A stretch of DNA of 64,000 nt from Candidatus Firestoneibacteriota bacterium (lineage in GTDB: Bacteria > Oederibacteriota > D2-FULL-39-29), in the NCBI GenBank assembly GCA_903928075.1, contig CAIYPD010000052.1:11876-75875 (forward strand). Direction: 5' to 3'. Made by a program: the position numbers and the translations under genes. The first letter of the stretch is position 1, and each line of letters begins with the position of its first letter. Shown here in pieces: positions 56,439-64,000 of the stretch. The notes below the pieces were generated by a model. The model ran no database searches and was not told the origin of the DNA. It saw nothing but the letters and a program-made list of their open reading frames with translations.

Positions 56439-58128
56439 CTTTCATCCTCCTTACAATTTCTCTTCTTTTTTTCTCCAGGTAACTGCCCCCGGCAATAAAC
56501 AATATACCGCTTATTATGAAAAATAAAGATTTTTCTTTGAGCTTCCAGAATACATCCAGGTACCTTACAATAATAAATAGTATCAAAGCCGCAATGCCGG
56601 AATTAAATATTTTTGGCGACTGGCCCTCCAGGCCGAAAAACAACATTGTTACGGAAATAACGACTATCATCGCATTAATAACATAAGAATTGGCTTCCGG
56701 ATAGCCCGTATTCAACAATATAAAAAGAGTACCAACCATAACCGCCAGAATCGCGGTTAATTCGAGTTTAGCCTGCTTTGTCTTCAAGTGGTTCTTTGCG
56801 AGTAAATAAGAAAGAATAAGCATGCCGGCCGCCGGCAGACAAAAGAGGATATATGTTACAGGATTTAATTTTAGCATATCCTTAGTTTCTATTTTATATG
56901 AAGAAAGAAAATAGAAGGCACCCAAAACAAATATAAAACCGAAGACTTTATACAAAATACCGTATTCTTTGTCCTCTTTTTTGTTTTCATGGAGCATGCC
57001 GGTCAGATAGAGCAGTATCCCGTAAAATATTTGAAAACTTGAATTAACAAGTACTCCCGCCGGATACTTGTGTACATTAATTAGTGCCGCGATAATAAAA
57101 TTAAACCAGACCAGTACATTCAAAATATTTATTCCGAGGCTGGCTTTTGCGTTCTTTTTATACACCAAAAAGAAGACCAGAACCAGCGGGAGCAGCATGT
57201 AAATATTCGGGTCTTTGAAATCCGAAAAAAAATTATACCCGATATTCCAGGCCAGCAAAGCAACGCTTGCGCAAAAAAGAAATAATTCCTCGCCTACCGG
57301 CGGTTTTAGTATATTTACAAGATAGTAAAATATGAATCCTACGAAAATACCGAGAGGAATATAAAGATATTTCAAAGCCATAGCGTAAAAAGCACCGATA
57401 AGGAGGCCGGCAATATTAAGGACCATCCCCCGGGCAAATTTCTTAGCCAGGGGGAAGAGAAAGATGAAAACTATAGCGGGATAATAATAGTTGGGCAGGC
57501 TTTTTCCTACACTGAAGGAAATATTCCAGATGCCGAGTACGACTGAGGCAAGGATAAAAACAAATTCATTCTCAAGAAAATAAGCCAGCGGAAGTAGCGG
57601 CAGGGTCCACAAAATAAGGATTATCCAACTGCCATCTGAACTCAGATTATAGATTTGTGCAATAAGCGCCAGGGTAGCGCCCCAAAGTATAGCCGCCAAA
57701 ACTATCAAACTCTTGCCGAGAACAGGATATTTCCCTTTTTCAAAAGAAAGAAAGTACCCAACCCAGAGTGTTCCTATAGTAAGCAGTAGAAGCGCCGCCG
57801 TCCTCAGGTACTTTGGTATCTCCTGCCAGTTACTGGCAATAAGAAATATGAACCCTATCCCTATAAATACTGCTCCAAACAGGGTTATTATTTTTATCAT
57901 GTCTATCTTCTTTTTCGGCGCCGCTCTGTTGATTTTACTCATCTCAGCCATTAGTCCGGCCTGTTCGGGAGAGATAAGTTTATTTTCCTCCCAGAGCAGA
58001 AGTTGTTTTTGAAGCCAGGAGGCCCGTGATTTCGTCATGATAATTCTGGTTATAACATATACAATAACGGCCGGCAGGACTAAAGAAAATAATACCGCAA
58101 AAATATAAATCCAGATATAGTCGCTCAC
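56428..58128 (-). CDS. DUF2157 domain multi-pass membrane protein
   Basis: W....LIS..Q, IASNWQEIP and LIAQIY motifs; usual partner of GDYXXLXY genes. Confidence 0.85.
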   Translation of the reverse strand: MSDYIWIYIFAVLFSLVLPAVIVYVITRIIMTKSRASWLQKQLLLWEENKLISPEQAGLMAEMSKINRAAPKKKIDMIKIITLFGAVFIGIGFIFLIASNWQEIPKYLRTAALLLLTIGTLWVGYFLSFEKGKYPVLGKSLIVLAAILWGATLALIAQIYNLSSDGSWIILILWTLPLLPLAYFLENEFVFILASVVLGIWNISFSVGKSLPNYYYPAIVFIFLFPLAKKFARGMVLNIAGLLIGAFYAMALKYLYIPLGIFVGFIFYYLVNILKPPVGEELFLFCASVALLAWNIGYNFFSDFKDPNIYMLLPLVLVFFLVYKKNAKASLGINILNVLVWFNFIIAALINVHKYPAGVLVNSSFQIFYGILLYLTGMLHENKKEDKEYGILYKVFGFIFVLGAFYFLSSYKIETKDMLKLNPVTYILFCLPAAGMLILSYLLAKNHLKTKQAKLELTAILAVMVGTLFILLNTGYPEANSYVINAMIVVISVTMLFFGLEGQSPKIFNSGIAALILFIIVRYLDVFWKLKEKSLFFIISGILFIAGGSYLEKKRREIVRRMKDEK

Positions 58129-58142
58129 AAAACCTCCTGGTT

Positions 58143-58163
58143 CTAATTACTAATTGCTGATTG
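58143..58163. repeat. 7-bp array CTAATTA CTAATTG CTGATTG without a hairpin insert
   Basis: Same heptamers flank REP-like copies A and D. Confidence 0.55.
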
Positions 58164-58191
58164 AAAAAAGTGGCCAGAGCCTATTTAATTC

Positions 58192-59376
58192 CTATTCTAC
58201 TTTGACTTGTATTTCTCTTGAATTCTTTTTGGCATCTTCAATTTGTATGAAATAATTCCCGGTCTCGACAGGATTGCCTGAAGAATCAGTTAAATCCCAC
58301 AAAACCAATGGAGCTTTTATGTCCAAGTTCCTGACCGGTTTGTTTTGTGAATTCATAATTTTAATAGTAAGCTTACCGCCCGGAAGATTCAAAAAGCCAA
58401 CCTTACCTTTGCCTTTCAGATACGGACCGCCGTAGATCTTTATTTTTTCAAGCGGAGCCGTCCCGCCGGTCCCGGCAAAAGCTGCTTCTGCAGCCGTCGA
58501 TTCTATTATAGCTTCAAAGTCACCCATCTGCAAGGATTCCAGCGTAGCAAGATCCCCGTCATTCCATCTTTCGTCAAGAGTGCCGTATATATATGGAAGG
58601 CGTCCTCTATCTGCAATGATAAAGCCGTATTTTTTTAAACCGACCGCAATAATCTGTGCTTGCGGCCCGAGCTTTGAGATATCTACGGAGTCCTTGAGAC
58701 GGAACCTCTGACCCATTGCCGGGAGCTTAGGGTCCTTATTTAGGGCCGGTGAATTTCTGGCCGGATAAACATATCTGTCATCAATGCGGTTGACGACTGC
58801 CCTAACAGCGTGATCCAGGCTGCCTTTTGTTATATCTTGATACCGGACAAGTCCCGGAAGAATAGCCATCCCGGCAGGGTCGGCGGAATAGGCTTTTTCC
58901 TTGCGTAAATCATTTGAATCTAAATTAAAGATAGCGGCAGAAAAAACAAACCAGGTGTTCGGCCGGCCGGTAAGCCCTGTTTGTCCGTTTAGAAACTCAT
59001 AGAGTAAATGACTTTTTGTATCTACAACTATAACCCGGGGATTCTCACCCGCTTCCTTTTGCGCGTCAAAAGGAATCTTATAGGGCCCTTTATCACTGTC
59101 TTCCGGTTTGCCGTTATCATTAATTTCCACAGGATATTCTTTGCCGTTACTTACCAGCGAATAGGGAATGCCCCGGGCCGAACCAAACCAGGGTTTTAAG
59201 GAGTTCTTCCGACCTATAGACTCTATATAATCGTTGGAGTTTTTATTAACCTCTACCTTGGAAATATTTTGATTCCACGGATTATTTTTAGGAAATATCT
59301 GAATAGGAATATCGGGGCATTGATACGCAGATAAAACTGCTCCGGTTATCAAAAACACTGCTATTGTTTTTAACAT
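58192..59376 (-). CDS. Secreted conserved hypothetical protein with C-terminal FlgD-Ig-like domain
   Basis: Signal peptide from ATG 59376; PWNQ.I, AGMAILPGL, HAVR and MGQRFRL core; terminal WDLTDSSGNPVETGNYFIQI. Confidence 0.6.
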   Translation of the reverse strand: MLKTIAVFLITGAVLSAYQCPDIPIQIFPKNNPWNQNISKVEVNKNSNDYIESIGRKNSLKPWFGSARGIPYSLVSNGKEYPVEINDNGKPEDSDKGPYKIPFDAQKEAGENPRVIVVDTKSHLLYEFLNGQTGLTGRPNTWFVFSAAIFNLDSNDLRKEKAYSADPAGMAILPGLVRYQDITKGSLDHAVRAVVNRIDDRYVYPARNSPALNKDPKLPAMGQRFRLKDSVDISKLGPQAQIIAVGLKKYGFIIADRGRLPYIYGTLDERWNDGDLATLESLQMGDFEAIIESTAAEAAFAGTGGTAPLEKIKIYGGPYLKGKGKVGFLNLPGGKLTIKIMNSQNKPVRNLDIKAPLVLWDLTDSSGNPVETGNYFIQIEDAKKNSREIQVKVE

Positions 59377-59396
59377 ATTCACCCAGAAATGCGTTA

Positions 59397-59426
59397 GTTT
59401 GTAAAGTTCATAAAGTTTGTAAAGTC
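59397..59426. repeat. 9-bp array, left arm of an inverted pair
   Basis: Reverse complement GACTTTACAAACTTTATGAACTTTACAAAC matches 59961-59990 at 26/30 positions. Confidence 0.8.
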
Positions 59427-59456
59427 TCATAATCGTTGAAATATATTATATAAAAA

Positions 59457-59933
59457 CTACTTTGCCTTTAATCCTGATGGAGTTGTAGGTTTTTGTTTAA
59501 ACGAATGCTTTATTGTATCAATTGGCGGCTCTATATCATCATCTGAATTTTCTTTGCCGTCCGGGCCATTGCTTCCAAGTAAATAATTAATTGCTTTTCC
59601 TTTACTATCTTTTTCAAATATTGGTTGATACTTAAGTTTATTTCCCCAATTATCAAAGTGCCATTTTTTGTCAAGATATTCTTCTTTTATCAATACTTCT
59701 AAATTTACAGGATAGTTTTTATAATGACTAAAATACAAATCCAATGACGACTGCACCCCTCGCAGACTTGCATTGCAAGCCGCAATTTCAGCCTCTTTAA
59801 GACGACTAGGATTATACTCTGGCATAATCAGCCATATAATTACTGCCATAGATACAATGGACAAGGCAATTACTTGGATTGTTTGGACTATTTTTGCTCT
59901 CATTCTTTCAATTCCTTGAACTATACCAATCAA
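59457..59933 (-). CDS. GspG-like (T2SS pseudopilin C-terminal domain) protein
   Basis: One N-terminal TM helix; LDLY....YP..LE.L, DNWGN and SNGPDG...DDDI. Confidence 0.7.
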   Translation of the reverse strand: MIGIVQGIERMRAKIVQTIQVIALSIVSMAVIIWLIMPEYNPSRLKEAEIAACNASLRGVQSSLDLYFSHYKNYPVNLEVLIKEEYLDKKWHFDNWGNKLKYQPIFEKDSKGKAINYLLGSNGPDGKENSDDDIEPPIDTIKHSFKQKPTTPSGLKAK

Positions 59934-59960
59934 ATAAAATTAAATACCACCTTAGCGTAA

Positions 59961-60004
59961 GACTTTACAAACCTTACGAACTTTATAGACCTTATAGACC
60001 GAAC
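59961..60004. repeat. 9-bp array, right arm of an inverted pair
   Basis: gactttaca aaccttacg aactttata gaccttata gacc. Confidence 0.8.
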
Positions 60005-60520
60005 TTAGAACTTTTCGTAATGCACCATTTCTTTTAACTCTTTTCTTATCCGGACTGCCGGTTCTCCGGCAGGAAAACCCAGAGGGGTTAAAGCAACTAC
60101 TTTGATATTCGACGGTACCCGGAGAATTTTCTCCGCGACAGCAGGATTGAAAGCGCAGACCCAGCAGGTTCCAAGACCCTCATTGGCGGCAGCAAGTATC
60201 AGGTGATCAAAAGCTATAGTCAGATCTACAAAAGCAGCATTAAAATTATCATAGGACCGTTTCCAGGCAGCCTCAATATCAACACAGCCCGCGATAATAA
60301 CCGGAGCAGTAAAAAACCATTCCCGGCTATAAGCTTCTTTCAATTCTTCTTTTACTTTTTTATCTCTAATAACAATAAGATGCACCGGCTGAATATTGCA
60401 GGCAGAAGGCGCAAGCCTTGCCGCCTCCAGAACTTTGCTCAGGACTTTCTCAGATACCGGCTTAGAAAGATCATACTTTCTTATACTTCTTCTTTTATTT
60501 ATCAATTCAGTATATTCCAT
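60005..60520 (-). CDS. Nitroreductase family protein
   Basis: RRSIRKY, APSACNIQP and GLGTCW. Start moved to ATG 60520. Confidence 0.92.
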   Translation of the reverse strand: MEYTELINKRRSIRKYDLSKPVSEKVLSKVLEAARLAPSACNIQPVHLIVIRDKKVKEELKEAYSREWFFTAPVIIAGCVDIEAAWKRSYDNFNAAFVDLTIAFDHLILAAANEGLGTCWVCAFNPAVAEKILRVPSNIKVVALTPLGFPAGEPAVRIRKELKEMVHYEKF

Positions 60521-60583
60521 ATATTTTTCCCCCGCGTTCAACCTCGTTTTTTGTACTTGCTAACCCTCCGACCATCCAAGCCT

Positions 60584-61285
60584 CTAAGCATCTGTAATAA
60601 TGCCGGAGACCATCCTACCCGCCCTCTTTCCTTCCCTTCTATATGAGTAGTACTTTTCCGGTTGACAGCAGGTACAGCTTTTAGTGTCTTTAATATTTTT
60701 AGCAGGTATTTTTGCTATTTTCAATTGCTCTTTTAAAATATCCGGGAGAGAAAAATATATTAGCCCCCTCCATGTGTAAATACCGGTTTTTCCGTATCGT
60801 CTCTCAAAACGCCTGACAAATGAAGGACTAACCTCATAACAGCATTCTCGGATTCCCGGCCCTAAAATGAATCTTAAATCCGCCGTTTTTGAACCTTTTT
60901 TAATTAATTTTCTAATAGCATTTTTGACAATTTCTTTGTGTACGCCCTTCCACCCGCAATGAGCAAGAGCAATATATCTTTTTTTCGTATCATAGATAAA
61001 TACGGGAAGACAGTCAGCCGTAAATATCAAGAGCATACAGCCGGGAGTATAAGAAACAAAACCATCCGCGGCCTGCGGAATTTTTTCTCCGCAATTCTTT
61101 GCCTCCCTTATTCTTCTTCCGTGAATCTGTTTTCCAAAAACCGTCTTCAGCGGCGTTACCCGCAGGAATTTTAATAAAGACCTGTAATTCGTTTCAAATT
61201 TCCGCTCTTTAAAGTTTAAAGGCCTTAGCGAGGTAAAGCACAAAAGGCCGTTTTTTTGTTTTTTCCAGATCATACCCTTTTTCAT
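60584..61285 (-). CDS. pgeF: Peptidoglycan editing factor PgeF (YfiH, laccase domain)
   Basis: QIHG, ADG, TADCLP, AHCGWKG, GPGI..CCYEV, CT.C and YSYRR. Confidence 0.9.
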   Translation of the reverse strand: MKKGMIWKKQKNGLLCFTSLRPLNFKERKFETNYRSLLKFLRVTPLKTVFGKQIHGRRIREAKNCGEKIPQAADGFVSYTPGCMLLIFTADCLPVFIYDTKKRYIALAHCGWKGVHKEIVKNAIRKLIKKGSKTADLRFILGPGIRECCYEVSPSFVRRFERRYGKTGIYTWRGLIYFSLPDILKEQLKIAKIPAKNIKDTKSCTCCQPEKYYSYRREGKRAGRMVSGIITDA

Positions 61286-62553
61286 TGTTCCTTGGAACCT
61301 TCCTTTGACTCTTCTGCCGGTAATTTCACCGAGACGGTAGGCGCAATTTCTGTTTCGGGGGCACTTGTCGCGCTTATAAAATCTGCCAGGCCAAAAGTTA
61401 CCGCCTTGGCTATGCTATTTTTAAATTCGCTCTCCCTGAGTTTTTTCTCCTCCGCAGGATTCGTAATAAAAGCTACTTCTAAAAGAACTGCCGGCATATT
61501 TGCGTGAGCGATAACATAAAAAGGTGCCCTGAGGATCATATTTTTATTCCGGCTCTCCACATCCGCATAACCGGTGACATTATCAAGTATATTCCCCGCC
61601 AGCAAGATACTCAGGTAATCATTGGATTTTGAACTCAACTCGCTTAAAATGGAGCTGACCCCGCCGGTCTTCGCATATTCCATATTTTCCCTTAACGCCA
61701 GACCCCCGGATTTTTTATCCGTCGGTTCCGTATTATATATATAAACTTCCGTTCCCGTGGCTTCCCGGTCCGTGCTTGCATTTATATGGATGGACACAAA
61801 TATGTCGCCTTTACCGCTATTGGCAATGGCAGAGCGCTCCTGCAAACTAATATACTCGTCTTTGGTCCGGGTTAGCACTACTTCTTTTTTTAAACTTTCT
61901 TTTATCATTTTTGCCGTCAGCAGTGCCAGCTCCAGTGTTATCTGTTTTTCCTGGAGGCCGCTTTTACTCACTGCGCCCGGGTCTTTCCCCCCGTGACCGG
62001 CGTCTATAACAATCCGGTCTACTTTAAACTTTTCCCCTTTTAAAACAGGCACGCTTCGGATATTTAATCCTGGAGGTTCGGGTTTTTCCGTCTTGGGCCG
62101 GGTTTTTTTGGCCGTTTCCGCCGGTTTATTTGGCGTTTCATAAGAAACGATAAGAAGTTTATTTTTTTTATCGGCTTTTACCGAACCTTTAAGCAGGCTT
62201 GCGAAAATATAATTCAAACCCTCCGGCGAAAGAAAATATTTATTTTCCGAAAAAATATAGAAATCCTTTAATTTGCTCTCGGCACCGACAGTTAACCTGA
62301 GAGAATTGACACCCCGGCTTAATAGAACCCGTTTCTTGGCGGGCACATAGGAGAAGGAAATATCATAAGCGGCACAAATACCTTTAAGATGATAATAAGT
62401 GTCAAAACCCCGCGCGGCCGTAAATATTTTGATTTTCCTGGCCTGACCGTTTTCGCTGATTTTGACTTCAGAAAAGACAATTCTCTCCCTCAAGCTCTGC
62501 GCACCAAGGCAAAACAGGGCAAGCACAAGCAGAAAAAATATTTTAATCCGCAT
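61282..62553 (-). CDS. N-acetylmuramoyl-L-alanine amidase (Amidase_3)
   Basis: IDAGHGGKDPGA, EK, SIHINA and LLEVAF; signal peptide from ATG 62553. Confidence 0.93.
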   Translation of the reverse strand: MRIKIFFLLVLALFCLGAQSLRERIVFSEVKISENGQARKIKIFTAARGFDTYYHLKGICAAYDISFSYVPAKKRVLLSRGVNSLRLTVGAESKLKDFYIFSENKYFLSPEGLNYIFASLLKGSVKADKKNKLLIVSYETPNKPAETAKKTRPKTEKPEPPGLNIRSVPVLKGEKFKVDRIVIDAGHGGKDPGAVSKSGLQEKQITLELALLTAKMIKESLKKEVVLTRTKDEYISLQERSAIANSGKGDIFVSIHINASTDREATGTEVYIYNTEPTDKKSGGLALRENMEYAKTGGVSSILSELSSKSNDYLSILLAGNILDNVTGYADVESRNKNMILRAPFYVIAHANMPAVLLEVAFITNPAEEKKLRESEFKNSIAKAVTFGLADFISATSAPETEIAPTVSVKLPAEESKEGSKEQ

Positions 62554-63568
62554 ATTCTCGGGGGTCATCTTTTACCTTAACGGTAAAAATCTCCTCAAAC
62601 TTCTTTAGAGTATGGTCATTAAAAACACCTCTGCGCCTCAAGGCATAAGGATTGGTAAAAACCGTATTTTTATCCCATTGGACCGTTACCGAGGCCTTAT
62701 AACCGCTTTCTTTTAAAAGCCCGATAACCGTAGCATTATAGCCGCCGTAAGGATACGCAAAATACAAAACTTTTTTATTTAGTTTTTCCTCAATTATGTT
62801 TTTTGAGTCCACAAGTTCTTTGCGAATCCTGGCTTCGTAGGCCTCCTGGGTCTCGTTTTTAAGCATCCTGTTCAGATGCGGGTGAGAAATAGAATGTGAT
62901 TCTATTTCCATAAGCCCTTCGTCGTGCAATAATTTGATAGTGTCCCACTTCATGGCCGTCTTATCCAACTTCAAAGCATTGATATGTAAAAACAAGGTTG
63001 CCGGCAGATTATATTTTTTCAGCACGGGGTAGGCAATCTTGTAAATTGTCTCGTCTGCTCCGTCAAAGGTTATGATTACTGCGTTTTCTCCGTAGGGCTG
63101 TTTTTTTTCGATTCTCTCCGCAAAATCCGAAAAAGACACCACTTTATAGTTTTTGGAGAGAAAGTCCATTTGTTTTTCGAAATTTTCCGCACTTACTATA
63201 AGCTTGCGGTCTGAGGGTTTGGTAAATCTGTTGAGTTTGGGATCTTCACTTTTTAAATAAGCCTCGGGAAAAATTGCATGATAGTTGAGAATTTTAACCC
63301 AGACAGAAGAGTCCTTCTCCTGCGGCCGGCTCTTCGTATTTGCTTTACCATTAATTCGAGTCTTTCCGCCGGACTTTTTACCGCTGTCCTGTTTTTCCTG
63401 CTCCGCCGGCAAAGGCGCCAAAAGAGCGGCAGCTTTACCCTCTTCTGCCGTGCCCGCCCGTGGCAAAGGAGTCTTAACCGTTTTATTTTGCTGCTTAGTG
63501 TAAAAAAATAAGCCCAGACAGAGAAATAGCAGTATCAACAATAGCCCGATCTTACCTGTATTCTTCAT
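62543..63568 (-). CDS. Membrane-anchored polysaccharide deacetylase (IcaB/PgaB-like CE4)
   Basis: ILNYH, ITFDG, HSISH and FAYPYG. Confidence 0.85.
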   Translation of the reverse strand: MKNTGKIGLLLILLFLCLGLFFYTKQQNKTVKTPLPRAGTAEEGKAAALLAPLPAEQEKQDSGKKSGGKTRINGKANTKSRPQEKDSSVWVKILNYHAIFPEAYLKSEDPKLNRFTKPSDRKLIVSAENFEKQMDFLSKNYKVVSFSDFAERIEKKQPYGENAVIITFDGADETIYKIAYPVLKKYNLPATLFLHINALKLDKTAMKWDTIKLLHDEGLMEIESHSISHPHLNRMLKNETQEAYEARIRKELVDSKNIIEEKLNKKVLYFAYPYGGYNATVIGLLKESGYKASVTVQWDKNTVFTNPYALRRRGVFNDHTLKKFEEIFTVKVKDDPREYAD

Positions 63569-64000
63569 GCTCTATCTCCAAAGATTTATCTATATCGGTA
63601 TTCTTAAACATATCCACAAAATCCGTAAACTTGTATTTTTCAGGAATGAGCCTTCTTTTTAATCTAAAAAGGTCGGTACTTGAAACAAAATTCCGGTCCC
63701 AGGCTGTACCCACGGCAGCGGTATAGCCCGCACTGGCCGCTTCTTTTTCCACAGTTTCATTTTGCCTGCCATAGGGATAGTTCAAATAAAGCACCGGCTG
63801 GCCTATTTTTTCTTCAATTACTTTTTTTGATTCTATCAGTTCACATCTTATCCGCTCCAGATATTTTTCCCGGGTTTCTCCGGTTTTTTGCTCCGTAAGA
63901 TTGATATGGTGTACGGTATGCGACCCGATGCTGATGCCGTTTTTTGACATCTCTATTACTTCTGCCCAGCTGACCCCGCCTTTACCCGGAAAATCCGTGT
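63552..64000 (-). CDS. Polysaccharide deacetylase, C-terminal part; 5' end beyond window
   Basis: Frame open to the window edge (..GVSWAEVIEM..); GSHTVHH and NYPYG. Confidence 0.82.
   Translation of the reverse strand, partial: TDFPGKGGVSWAEVIEMSKNGISIGSHTVHHINLTEQKTGETREKYLERIRCELIESKKVIEEKIGQPVLYLNYPYGRQNETVEKEAASAGYTAAVGTAWDRNFVSSTDLFRLKRRLIPEKYKFTDFVDMFKNTDIDKSLEIEHEEYR

Noticed and set aside
59377-59430. N-terminal extension MRLYKLYELYKL, and the similar extension at 22493-22564
   Set aside because: These are translations of intergenic tandem arrays; downstream ATGs give proper signal peptides.

Overview
Bacterial chromosomal window, probably from a diderm (O-antigen-ligase-like gene, outer-membrane barrel, pseudopilin-like gene). 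All ~45 credible genes lie on the minus strand; the plus-strand ORFs look like antisense shadows. Housekeeping genes (aroQ, pheA, scpB; mgtA, secA; pgeF, an amidase and deacetylases) bracket a ~40 kb block (6.1-45.9 kb) of mostly secreted, poorly characterised enzymes. That block holds five ~900-aa GH123/DUF4091-like paralogs, duplicated metallophosphoesterases, transglutaminase-like proteins and TIM-barrel glycosidases. The best candidate for an undescribed system is a translationally coupled module at 11.2-19.6 kb: an FG-GAP propeller protein, a membrane-anchored double PQQ-type propeller, a rifampin-phosphotransferase/PigC-architecture dikinase and an EMC3/TMCO1 (DUF106)-like membrane protein. 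Also notable are two tandem PilZ+cNMP proteins, a tandem double O-antigen-ligase protein, and a family of intergenic elements. These elements comprise a 33-35 bp double-hairpin REP-like unit, an AATATCC-N6-GATTTTARACCTTA motif, and 7/8/9-bp degenerate tandem arrays; one inverted pair of arrays encloses an AT-rich pseudopilin-like gene. No rRNA, tRNA, CRISPR array, integrase or transposase was recognised. All family calls come from motif recognition by eye, not database searches.
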